Assembly: GCA_001643675.2 (NCBI GenBank)
Contig: LSRY02000042.1
Location: 186,001 to 250,000, forward strand
Source of the DNA: Monocercomonoides exilis PA203
Taxonomy: Eukaryota; Protista; Preaxostyla
Length of the DNA: 64,000 nucleotides
Reading direction: 5' to 3'
The notes under the pieces are model-generated. The model had not been told where the DNA came from. It ran no database searches and saw only the letters and a list, made by a program, of their open reading frames with translations. How positions within the stretch are numbered: position 1 is the first letter of the stretch; each line of letters starts with the position of its first letter. Shown in pieces: positions 1-11,689 of this stretch. The position numbers and the translations under genes are program-made.

Positions 1-849
1 CACTTTCACGATTCTTGCTTTCATGCAATCTTTTTCCCATCTGCGACACAAGCGAGTCAGGGCTTCTCTTCTGTCTCTTGCAAGCCAAACTTTCATCTTC
101 GACGAGTCCCACTCGAAGCCAAGGAAAGAAAATCTTCCTCTTGGTTTCAACTGGCTTTTCTCCTGGTTAACCAATAGACCTAATTCCTCCAGAAACCTGA
201 TAATCTCTTTGGCTACCTGTGCAAAGTATTTCTTGTTCTCGTGCAATATAATGAAATCGCCCAAATATGCGATCTCACGAACATCCCATCATTGCCTTAT
301 TTCTGAATTCATCTTCATCATCGCCTGCGTGAAAATTATTGGAGCATCCACAAAACCAAACGGCATTCATTTTAATGCGTGGTCTTTTCCAGAAAATATG
401 AAAACCAAACATGGTCTTAGGTCTTTGGACACCGGAAGCAGAAAGTAGGCCTGTTGCAAATCCATTGAAACTGCATAATCTTTTCTTCTCAGCACACGCT
501 CTACTGTCTTTTCGTTGTCGCATTTGAAGTGTGTCTTTATCAAAGCCGCGTTCAATCTCCTGCAATCCAGTATCTGCCTCCATGTTCCCGATTTCTTTCT
601 GATCAAAAACACGTTGTTCCTGTGCCTCACCTTCTCTGACCTTATCTCCTCCACAATTCCTGTCTCTATCTGTTCCTTTTGAAGATCTGCGAACGCCTTT
701 CTTTGATCTTCGTTTGAGTGCACGGCTCCATCTCTGAACGGCATATCCCTTAGCTTTCTTCTTCTGTGTTTTATTTTTCATATCGCCTGCACTCCCTTTC
801 TGATCAACTTGGAATCACTTATTTTTTCCCAAGCTTCTATGAATCACTC
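1..849 (-). pseudogene. Reverse transcriptase of a DIRS-like (tyrosine-recombinase) retrotransposon, decayed; runs off the window start
   Basis: One minus-strand frame reads FIEAWEKI...NNVFLIRKKSGTWRQILDCRRLN...SMDLQQAYF...K*MPFGFVDAPIIFT...RQ*WDVREIAYLGDF...LGLLVNQEKSQLKP...FLGFEWDS. These are RT motifs with in-frame TGA stops, and YxDD is changed to YLGD. Confidence 0.9.
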
Positions 850-1154
850 TTTTTTTCGTCTAAATGGGACGAAATATGATAAATCATAATTTTTATGCCC
901 TTGTTTTTTTTATCTTCAAAAAATTAAATTTCATTGTGGGAAATAGTTTTTGCTATTCTTGTGATAAAAAAATTCTTCATCTTAAATATATTAATGATAA
1001 TTATGTTTGATTTTTTTATTCTTCCATATAAAAAACAAATAATTCTCAAAACAAACTTCAACATTCCGATAAGTTCATAAACGTAAATAATTATAGAACT
1101 TTGGTATTCAAAAAAGGTGAAAATGATCAAGAAAAATGTGAAAAAATTTTGAAA

Positions 1155-1619
1155 CGTTTCCACAATTGTAACTAATTCATTCAATTTCAAAAAAATATAA
1201 CTGCTTTTTGAAAAAAGGATGTCAAAATAAAAAACAGATTTATTATAACTTCATCCTGGGGGTCATAATTCCGGGAACACCAACCCCAAATATTCATTTA
1301 ACATTATGTGAAACCGACTAGACTTTTGCAAGCTAAGCAAAAAAATAACAATAAAGTTTGATAAACTGTATTATCATTTTTTCCTGGGAGTCTGCGTTTC
1401 GGGAACCCCAACCCCTTAATGTTTAATGAATATTTTTTTTGGAACCGACTAGACTGCAAAGAGCTAAGCAATGAAGTCAAGAAAATCAAAAAAAAAAAAA
1501 AGAAGGAAGGAAAGAGAGAAAATAATAACAACAAAAATCATAAAATGCAAAAGAACTTAAAATCTTTGAAATAAAAAAATAGTCAAGAAATTGAAAATGA
1601 ATCAACAATTGTGGAAACA
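1155..1619. repeat. Imperfect inverted repeat (1155-1188 / ~1588-1619) enclosing two ~128-bp tandem units
   Basis: gtttccacaattg...attcaatttc versus gaaattgaa...caattgtggaaac. The motifs cctggg.gtc...cgggaac.ccaacccc and aaccgactagact...gctaagcaa each occur twice, ~127-130 bp apart. Confidence 0.6.
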
Positions 1620-1679
1620 GGTTAAAAACAATAATCACAATATTCCATCTAATTTGAACAACAAAATACTCAATCGAGA

Positions 1680-4600
1680 TTAAAAATGTTTACGTTTGTT
1701 TGAGTGATTATCCATTTCTGAATTGGAAGATTTTTTTTTATTTGATTTTAATATTTCATTTGTTTCAATAATCATCAAATCCTCATCGACATTTGAAGAA
1801 TTCCTTCGCGTGTGGTGAATAATATGTGAATCATTTTTGCAACATGCTTTTCCGGTCTCTTTTCTCTTTTCAAATTGAATGCTTTGATTTGGGCTTGAAC
1901 AATCGTTTAATGCAGCTTTCTTTGGAAGTGAAAAGGCTGCTGATTTTTCTATTGAAATTCTTTGATTAATTCGAGACAGTGTTCTATCTTTGATGGGTGT
2001 GCTGTTTGAATGATCTGCATTTATTCCTGAAAACTTCTTTCTTTTTCCTACTATTCTTTCTTTTCCACTTTTGCAATCACTGACGATTTTCCATTTGTCT
2101 TCCAACATTTGCGAATGAGATGCTGTGATAATATGACCGTTTTGTCTTTTGAAAGACAAATATATCATCATTGATGGAATTTTCAGCCAACTCCAAGTTT
2201 TTTTTGTTGACGGAGTGTATCTGAAGCAAAAATCAATAAATATAAACCTTCAACGTTATAAAATGAAAAAAAGTGAAACACACAAATGAAACTGTCTATT
2301 AATTTTCTCGTTAATGGTGCTTTGAATCGAAGAATCAAAAATTTGTTTCAAAAAGGCACAAAATGATGAAGCATTTCTTCCAGTTTCCAAGCATGTTGCA
2401 GATAATTTGGAAGAAACTGATCCAAACTCTCCATCGCATTCCGATTTACCGTGCTGCTCCGTGAAATAATTTACAAATATCGATGAAAATTGTTGTTGAT
2501 TTTGACTGTCACTTAGAAAATTACTTAAAAAATATTTATTCCTGAAGTGAGGACCAGAGTCTGAAAAAACTGTCAGAGTTGATTGAAGTGGGTGTGATTC
2601 TGATATATGTTTTTCGATAACAACGTTCAAGCATTCAATGGCGTATCTGAAATCATGAGTTAAACAGTCCGAAATGAAGTGATGACATGTTTTGTGAAGT
2701 GAATCATTTTGTTTTGTGTATGAAATAATGCACAGGTCTGACACTTATTTTTTTGTGTAAAAATCTTTACTGACTTCTCTTCTTGAAAGCGGAAGCTGCC
2801 AATTCTCTTTGAAGTCTAGCAGCAAAAGAAGATCTCCTATTTTCAGTTTGCTCTTTGAGTCAGCAAATGATTGTTTTTGGCATTCTGCCCATTTTTTATG
2901 TTCGGAAATAGATTGCAGCTCTTCTATTTCCTGATCACTGAGTTGCCTATTTTGTGATATTTTCTGCAAATATCTTGCTCTTTCGCAAATGGAGCACAAG
3001 TCAGTTCTGTTTCTGAGTTTTGAAATGATCCCTTGTGTTTTCTTGCAGAAATATGAGTAGGACATATTTGTTCCTGTTTTTTGAACCAATTCATTGTGAA
3101 GTTGTTTTTTTGTTTTGTAAGTTGTTCTGTTTCCTGCTCCACAAAACAAAGAATCGTTAATATTGTTTTCATGTTCATAGTTTGAGTTAATGGAATCATT
3201 GCTGAAATGATCAAAAGAAGAATCGAGATAACCAAATTGTCTTTGAGTTTCAATTTGAATAAATGAACTTTTTCCATAACATAGAAAACTTGTTTTCCAT
3301 CCGTTTGAGCACAATACTTCATATTTGCTTTTCACTTCAAGATCATCAACCACCTCCACATTTTCATCATTGCATATTTTCCAACGGCAATTGTATTCGT
3401 TGCTGTTTTCGATTTGATTAATATCTGATAATGTGATACAGATGTAATGATGGATTGTTGGATTGAACAAAATTATGGAAAGAAGATTGTATTTCTCTTT
3501 CTGAGTTGAATATTGATCAGTGGATTGAATGTTTTTTGTAACTTCAATCATCCATAATGATCTGTTCAATTCAACGGCTTTATCATTTTGTTCATTTGTT
3601 GAAATAAAAATATTCTCACATCGAAATAACAAGAAATCTGAGTTGTTTGCATATTGAGTTTGCTGAATCACTCCACCCATCGATCTACATAACGGACAGA
3701 TCAATTCTTCGTTCTTTCTTTGAGATTGAAGGATTTGAAACTCGTTTAATGACTGTTCAATTGAATGACCTTGCAGAACGATTATATCAACTTTTTGTGG
3801 CATTTCAAAAGATGCATATCCACACATTTCGCAAATGATATTATCTGTTGAATGACAACCCAGATTGTTCATGGCTGCAAGAGATTGCTTACGTATTATT
3901 TTCAGTAACCATTCTATTGCATCATCAAATTCGTGCTCCTCCATTTTTGAAATATCATTTTCATTGTTCCATTTTTCGTAGAACTCTTCGTTCCAGAAAG
4001 ATTCAACATTCTCCTGTTGATCATTGATTGATTTGCAAATATTGATAATTGTTGAAGAAAGAATATCTTTCGTTTCTTTCTGAAATTCCCACGAATGGAA
4101 TTTATTCATTGATGCAAACATTTGGATAGCTGCAGCTAAGTAACAGCTGTTTCCTAAATTTTTCAAGCCAACTGATTTTGATGGAGAACAAAGATTCAAT
4201 TCATGTGTCTTCTGAACATTGACAATAAATTGTGGAACGTGTGAAACAGATGCCTGAATTGATTTATCGAAATTTTGAATGTTTTCGTTGGAATATTCAT
4301 TTTGTTGTGCATCAACACCTGAAGAAAAACGATTTTCGCTCAAAATGCCCCAGCCATTATCATTATCAAGATCTTTTTTTTTGAAAAATTAAAAACAAAA
4401 TAAATAACCGAAAATAAAAAAATATAGACCTTCTGAGTCATGGAGACTTTTTCTCACTTTGTTTTTTCTTTTTTGGAGCTCTGAGGATTCATCTGTGTTT
4501 TCTAACAAAAACCTATTCACTTTTTCAAGTGATTCATTGTCGAGATAACACCTTTTTCAGCATCTTCTATCTTCATGATCACTCTCCTCATCCAAATAAT

Positions 4601-4777
4601 GAAGGAGTGATCCATATTTCGCGTAATTGAATTGTCCCTGTGAAATATCAAAATTGTAATCTCTCAATTAAGAAAAAGAACAGTAGGTGCTCAGATTTTT
4701 GAGTAATTTGACTTGCATTTTATTCTGAAGCTTTGGAAATAATGAACTCAAAGGATTCATCACTCCATCAAGTTGAT
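1680..4777 (-). mobile_element. Sola-like (Sola2-like) DDD transposase fused to a ubiquitin-specific protease (peptidase C19) domain; pseudogenised
   Basis: Transposase motifs: DLCSIC, LLLDFKENW, VFSDSGPHFRN, HGKSECDG. USP motifs: GLKNLGNSCY, DDAIEWL, CEMC/CPLC, YNLLSII...HHYICI, WKICNDENV. An in-frame TAA at 2745-2747 separates ORFs 2745..4343 and 2256..2744. A GT-AG intron (2221-2283) joins these in frame to ORF 1680..2171. The upstream exon (~4430-4777) has stops and frameshifts. The gene may extend to ~6380. Confidence 0.75.
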
Positions 4778-4816
4778 CTGAAAAATTGCACATGAACACA
4801 ATAAAAAGAGTTAAAT

Positions 4817-5056
4817 GGGTAATTATTTTTGAAAAGTCGCAAATGTTGATTTTTCAAATAAATCAAAAATTTCATATCTTGATCAAATTTCGGTTCCCGC
4901 TTATGCAACTTCACCAAAGTGGAGGATATAACTTGACAATGCTATTTCACACATTCCTGTGAAGTTACATGAGCGGGAACCGAAATTTGATCAAGATATG
5001 AATTTTTTGATTTATATGAAAATTAAACATTTGCGACTTTTCAAAAATAATTACCC
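4817..5056. mobile_element. MITE, 240 bp, ~100-bp TIRs, AAAT target-site duplication
   Basis: GGGTAATTATTTTT...AAAAATAATTACCC with near-perfect long inverted arms. aaat at 4813-4816 and 5057-5060. Confidence 0.92.
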
Positions 5057-6410
5057 AAATGTTAAGATTTCAATTATTTTTTGAAATGTTCCACACACCA
5101 TTTGATTTTTTATATAACGAGTTTTTGATTTCCTTCATTTTTCGAAATGAAAAAAAGAAATACTCAAATAACTCGAAAGTGAAATCTCCAGAAATTGAGG
5201 AGGCATATTCCCACAGCTTTCTGGACCACTTGCTCAGAGTGTATTGTTTTGGTTGCATCTGTATGTTTTCAGTCTTTGATGTTGAAAATATCTTTCACAG
5301 AAAGATCGATCCCTTTATAAGCTTTGCGAATGACATTCAATTGAAATAAGAAAAGAAAAAACAAACACTTTGAATCTCATTCGAAACAACTGATTCAAGA
5401 AGAACCAGTTAATGCTTCACATTTTTAAATTTTAAAATTGATTAAACTCATTCAAAAGTCTCAAATGTTCAATTCGTTCAAGAATTCACATGTTCATATT
5501 TTCTATTTTTTTGTTCAAATCTGGTTGACTGCTCAAATATTCCCATCTTCTCTCGTTTGCTGCATTCCTCCGTTTGCTCCTGGTTCTTTTTCTGTTCAAC
5601 GTTGAGATTCTCGTCTTTCACATCCTAAACGCGTTTCATTTTCTCATTGATAACATCTCCATCGAATGTAATTACAACAATCTTCAGCACAGCAATCCTC
5701 TTGATCAGATCTTTTTTCGGATGCTGTTTTCATTTTGCTCTTTTTTTGCATTTCTTGTGGAATCTCTCTTTCTGGATCACTTCTCTTTTTCGTTTTGGTA
5801 TTATTTAATTTCTTTCTCGATTTTGATTAATTTATTTTCTTCATATTCCAAAACTTCATCGTTTTCTTTTTCTTTTCTTCTTTTGTGTTATCTCTTTCAG
5901 TCTTATCTGCATTATTATTATGGAATCTCTTTCTTCTTCTTTGACTTCAATTAATATTGATTTTCATTTAAGTTATTTATTGATTATTCGTATTTATAAT
6001 AATTGTCTGTTTCTTTTTTATGATCTTTCTCTTCTTCTTGAAGAAATCTTTTTTTTCTTCTCTTTTTCTGTCCATCAGAATTATCGTTGCTTTTGCTAAT
6101 ATCATTTTCACAAACAACTTCAATTCTTTTCTCAATGTGAAGCTCTTCTTCTTGTTCTTCTTCTTTTAGTTTGGCTTTTGTTTCCTGTTGATGTTTGCAA
6201 AAGATTCGTCAATTTCTGCAGTATTTCAGATCTCTTCATCTTCACAACTTTTGCAACTTGTGACTGTATTTTCTTTTGCATTTGTTAAAGCATTTTCTTT
6301 CCTTCTTTTCTTCTTCCAATATTCTTTGTGATGATGTCAACTGAACACTTCAACTTCTTCATTTTCTTCACTGGAGCAGTACGTTAATTCCACACTCGAT
6401 TCATACAGAC

Positions 6411-9400
6411 ATGATTAGCAAAGAGAAGAAAATAGAAGAAGATAATAAGTCATCATCAACATCTGTGCCTGCAATTGACCCTTCGGATGTGTCAGTGGTG
6501 GAGGAGTCATGCACGTCGGCAGCAGCGATAAACAACATAGAAAGACGGCTGCGGATTGTTGTATCTGAACCATCTGAAACGTATGAAAATCACAAATATT
6601 CGTAACTGAGAATGCAACAGACTCTGCGAGGATATGTTGTGGCGAGGCGGGCCGTGCTGTTTGGGGATAACGTGCGAACCTGAGATGTGGAGCTTTCGGA
6701 GATGCTTTTTGTTCCACAGTGGTGCAGCTTCCTTCTCTTGTAGCGTCTGTGGGCACGAAGTCGGTGAGCAAGCCGATCTTTGCAGATGTGAACATGAATT
6801 CGTGACCGTGGGTACACAAACTGTTTGAACCGTCGATGCTGCCAAAGGAGATATCACGGCTTGTGTCGCAATCTCCGAAGTCGAGGTGCATGGTGGTGAA
6901 GCAGAACGATAAAGTGATGGGATGACGGGTCACATCATGTGAAGAATGGAAAAGCTGAAGAACATGGAGGAAGATCTGAAGAGGAAGAAGGTGAATGCGG
7001 AGAATAGTCTTAGTGAGATATGAATGATGAACGAGGCGCAGGAATCCGAGCTTGCAACCGAGAAGGAGGAGCTGAGCAGATAAATCCGAGAGCTAAAGGA
7101 GCAGCACGAGGAGGAAAAAAAGGAGAGGAAGAAGAGGTATTTTGAATTCGTCATGTTGAAGCAAAAGATTCTGTACGACAAGTGGATATCTTAGAAAATG
7201 GGCGGGCTGGTGGAGCAGTTGCAGGAAAGTGGCAAATTCATCTGGATGTGAAAGAGGAAGATTTCGCAGCTGCGCGAGAAGCACAAGGCAGAGGCGAAGG
7301 ATCCGCAGAAGCAGCCCGTTGTTATGAAAGAGAAGGTGAAGCTAATTGTGGAAAGGATTGAGATGAAGAAGATACTGAATCAGCAGGGCGAGGCAGTGAA
7401 TTGGGATACCAAGAGGTCGATTTGCAAGGTTGGGGTTTCTTTTTTCTATAACTTCTTTGTTGGTGCCTGTGAGTGGATTGATGATTCTGTCTTCTGCTTC
7501 GATTATTTTGCTGTTAGGGCTATGTGAAAAGCACAAGGAGAAGTTTTCCTCAAACATTGTGGTAGTCTGGCTGCTATGGCTAGGCCAGACCCACGCGAGA
7601 AGGGGGTTGTTGTGAAAGTGGGTAGCGGGGTGAGTGTTGTGGGAGAAGCAAACGGCAGTGGCGGAGGAGAATGCAGAAGCGGGGAACGAGATCTTTTATC
7701 AGCGAGAGATCAGAGAAGAACAGCTTAGTGGACAACGGTAAAGGTGGTTGTGGAATTGGCTGTGAAGGAGGAGCGGATGCAACTGTGGGGCAGAAGATGA
7801 ACAAAATGGAGAAGGAAACGAAGATGTTGAAGGCGCTGTCGAAATTGCACTTGCAGACTACATGCGAGCAAAAGGCGCTGTTCAATAAAATGATAAAAAG
7901 ACAGATGAATACAAATGCATAAAAGAAGCAGCAGTAGAAGAAAACGAAGGAGATGTTAGAAGAGAGAGAGTGAAGCTGCTGCATTTGCTTAATGAGAAAA
8001 TGACAAACAGCGTTGAACGTAATGTTTCACAGTGGACTATAACATCACTGAGTGTATCTTGGTCGGGCACATTTTTGGCTGCCAGGTTCCATTATTGGTG
8101 GGATTGACAGTGATGGATCGATGAATAGATCCAACGTTGAAGTTGCTGGGACAGTTGGCATACGGAATGGGGCATGTGCTTAGGATGAATCCCAAGCTGC
8201 AGTCGTCTGTAACGATAAAGTGGCAGCTAACTCCACTAATGACAGGACTGAAGCTTTTGCTGGTGCATGTGCATCTGAAAATCCGGGGGATATATGAAGA
8301 ATAGATTGCAGCAGACCTGAGTTGGAGCATTCTTGTGTTGGAAAGTGTGTTAGTGCTGAGGTATGTCCTTGGTGACTCTGTGTTGATGTGGCTGGAGGAG
8401 ATGTACGAGTTGCAGAAGAAGAGCGATGCTGCACAATGGGTTATGATCTTCGGAGTGGAGTTGTTTCAAAGGAATTTGAGGAGGTATGGATGTTTGGAAA
8501 GAAGGTGCGGGAGAAGAAGAAGAGAGATGAGTTATGGTTTTCATGATAACTGTAGAGTGAAATTTAAAAGTTTTCAGTTGAAGCCACTTGCTGAAGAGTG
8601 CGAGAATTTCCTGATGATGTTGTGCAGGATGTTTTGGAAATGCGTCCAAACAACGCTTGATTAGAAGTTGGAGAAGAAGATCAAGATGTCTTTTGTGGAG
8701 TTTGACGGGGTTACAGTGGGAGATTGGAAAGGTCAACGCGATGTTCTTCTAAGGTATTTAATAAATAGCAACCTGGCTGATGCGGTGAAGCGGAAAGATG
8801 CGATGAAGATGCAGTCAGATGCGATATGCAGTGGCAATCCAATAATTTCACCATCTTCAGAACAATCACTGTCATTGGATGTGGATTGTTGAGTCATCGC
8901 ATATTCTGAGACGAAGCCTCTTCTGTATGAAAGCTATCCACATACTCCGCATACGCTATCGCTTGGGATCTTTCGGAATGCGCACATGTTGTTTTGGTAC
9001 TGCTTGCCGTCATTCGAATATGTCGTAAAGGCGTGCCAGCGCTATGATATCTTCATGTTAAGCTTGTTGCTGCCGGATGTGTGTAATGCAGCAAACCGGC
9101 GGGCGCCTCTGACGTCGTCTGAGAACAGCGCGTTCGTGAAGACGGTGAGCCGGAACCTGGCACTGTTGAAGTTGCGCTGGACGACAGGGTGCATGTGTTT
9201 TCAGGGGAGTCGGTGGGGGGAGTGGCAGGGCTAAAGCAGCATGTGGAGGAGGCGCAATCTCAGATGTGGAAGAAAGAAAAGGTGAGGGCGCTGTTCCGGA
9301 TGGCGCGGTAATTTGTGGAGCTTGTGGGGCTGCCGCTGGGGAGGAACGATGTGGAAGGGGCGATCTGCTTAGGGCTGCCTCTGGGGAACGAGCAGCGTGT

Positions 9401-9460
9401 GGAGCTGTGTCACAAGGCTATCGAACTGCAGAAAAAGAAAGGAGGAGTCAATATATTGTA
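6411..9460 (+). pseudogene. Decayed intronless long reading frame of unknown identity (Cys-rich region, coiled coil, then globular region)
   Basis: Higher GC than the flanks. ORFs starting at 6634, 7324, 8335, 8668, 8986 and 9397 share one frame and are broken by scattered stops. No diagnostic motif recognised. Confidence 0.5.
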
Positions 9461-9464
9461 ATGC

Positions 9465-9596
9465 ATCATCTTCTTTTCCTTCCTTCCTTTCTTCTTCTTC
9501 TTCTTCTAATTCATCATCATCATCATCATCATCATCTTTTTCTTCTTCTTCTTCTTCTTCTTCTTCTTTTTCTTTTCTTTTTCTACTCCTTCTTCT

Positions 9597-9628
<32 letters not shown>

Positions 9629-9755
9629 CTCTTCTTCCTCTTCTTTTTCTTCTTCCTCTTCTTCCTCTTCTTCCTCTTCTTCCTCTTCTTCCTCTTCTTC
9701 CTCTTCTTCCTCTTCTTCCTCTTCTTCCTCTTCTTCCTCTTCTTCCTCTTCTTCC
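9465..9755. repeat. (TTC)n, (TCA)n and (CCTCTTCTT)n microsatellite tract
   Basis: Directly visible tandem repeats. Confidence 0.95.
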
Positions 9756-10102
9756 CATTCGCTATCACACCTTTCCTTCTCTCCCCCCATTTTCTCTGAT
9801 TCTTATCCTTTCCCGCCTCCTCCACGCTTCGCACTCGACATGGCACATTCTCCCTTATCTTCGCGCATCCACCCTCCGCATGCCTCATCCAACAAACAAA
9901 CAGAACACGGCTCAAACTAGGTTCCTCACAATTTTCTCATTTGTCTTCATCTCCTCTTCCTCCTCTTTCTTTTTCTTCTTTTTCTTCCTCTTCTTCCTCT
10001 TTTTTCTTATTGTGTTAATTATCTTTCAAAAATTATTTTGAAAAAAATGATAATATAATTATCATAGAGAATGCAACATTTATTCATTTTCTATTATATT
10101 TC

Positions 10103-11062
10103 TTAAAAAAACGCTCGAAAAAAAGAAGTTGTTGAAATTGAAGAAGGCAAAGTCGAAGGTGAAGAAATAGGAGTGGGAGAAGCAAAAAGAGAAGAGGCTC
10201 CTTTTGAATTCCTCGAGCAGTTCTTGAATGAGGAGCTTCCCACCGAAACACTTCCCGAAGTTGAGTTGCCAATCGAAATGATGAAACCTTTATACAATTT
10301 CACTCCGTCTGCTGATACTCTGTCAAATACGACTTCTTTGCAGTCAGTAATATCAAACACATTTGCCATTCTTCAATATGTTCCAACTTCATATTTGTCA
10401 ATGATATCTCTTTGCCACTGAGCAGAAATGAAGGCTTCTTGAATGAGATGAATGAAACTGAGCAGTTGTCAACATGAAGAATTCCATTTTCGATGTTTAA
10501 CAAAGTTGAATTCAAAACAACAGTTTCAATGCCATTTATCCCTCCAATTGAAGAAAAATCTTTGAATGAAAGAGAAATTTGTCCGTTTGCTTCATGAATG
10601 ATTGAACTGCCTGAATACGTAAATAGCTGACAAAAGTTGAATTTCAATCTTTCAATCCAAACATTTCCCGATATTCTGATAAGACTGCCTTCATTGAAAT
10701 TAATTGTTGAGTTCAGATGCACCAAGGCGGCTGAAGGAGATTGCAATGAGCGAATGATCACATCACGAGCATCACACTTCCCAACAATTTCTGTTTGCCC
10801 CCAGACCAACAGCTGCGAGTACAGAGATGGAATAATATGTTTCACTCCCATATTCAACGACTCGCAAGGTGCATTGATCTCTCCACATTGCTTGCTGTCT
10901 CCATGATTGTCTGTAACTGAATACACAAATATCGTCTCGCTCTGATATTTCATAACTCTTAGAAGAAGATCTTCTTTAACCACAAATGAATCTGTTGCAA
11001 AGCCGCTCATTGCAAGATCTCTCACATTATCCTCTCTGTTATCTGTTGAAAATTTGTCAAGC
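10103..11062 (-). pseudogene. Fragment of a large surface-protein family member (beta-helix/pectin-lyase-like, CGxxxxPC motif), frameshifted
   Basis: IFVYSVTDNHGDSKQCGEINAPCESLNMGVKHI followed by beta-strand-like repeats. The frame changes near 10370 (HIEE -> ANVFDITDCKEVVFD...SVSVGSSSFKNCS). Confidence 0.6.
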
Positions 11063-11689
11063 TTTTTTAATGAAAATATTAATATAAATAATAAAAAAAA
11101 AAACATTCATATTAAAGCTGAATGAAAACCTTATGATTTGCATGTTAACATCTTAATCAAACTCGCAGGAATAATATTTGTGATTATTATAATGCCAGGC
11201 ACATTCGGTGCAATAAAAAATTCTGTTCACATGAGGATTTGAATTGTAATCGAATTTCTAATTTTAAATTATAAAGAATCGAAATACGCATTAAATATTT
11301 CATGAATTAACAATAAAAAAATAATTCAATCAAATAATACCTTTTCATATTCCAAAACTGAAATTTTTATTTTGATCAAATAATTGGATATATAATATAT
11401 TAATCAAAATAGTTTTTTCTCGAAATTGAAAGTTTGAGTTGTTCCAAAAAACATCATTGTGAATATCTTATTTTTCTTAAGTTTTATGGTTACGGAGTAT
11501 CAAATATTAACTTGCATGGGTCAAATTTCTGATCTGCAGTGACTTTTCATTGCAAAATACCCAAATAACACTTCAAATATTATGTTCGTTTAAATATGAA
11601 ATACTATGCAAAATTTTTGTTAATATTTCGAGTTATGGAATTATTTATTGAGTAAAGCATAAAAAAACAATGAAAATGTTTTTTTTCCT

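Noticed and set aside
1250-1480. tRNA, SINE or hammerhead ribozyme in the tandem units
   Set aside because: No cloverleaf, no proper B-box and no CUGAUGA core could be found.
2745-2747. In-frame TAA read as Gln (TAR reassignment known in some oxymonads)
   Set aside because: Intact genes here end in TAA or TAG (15926, 38954, 40361, 59975), long Gln-rich ORFs use CAA/CAG, and the element has other lesions. A nonsense mutation is simpler.
8680-8890. SFVEFD...CSGNP as RdRp motifs A and B
   Set aside because: The first catalytic Asp and GDD are missing; the match is too weak to support.
9266-10041. Poly-E/K/R/F/L ORFs here and over other Ser-rich regions
   Set aside because: Artefacts of stop-free microsatellites.
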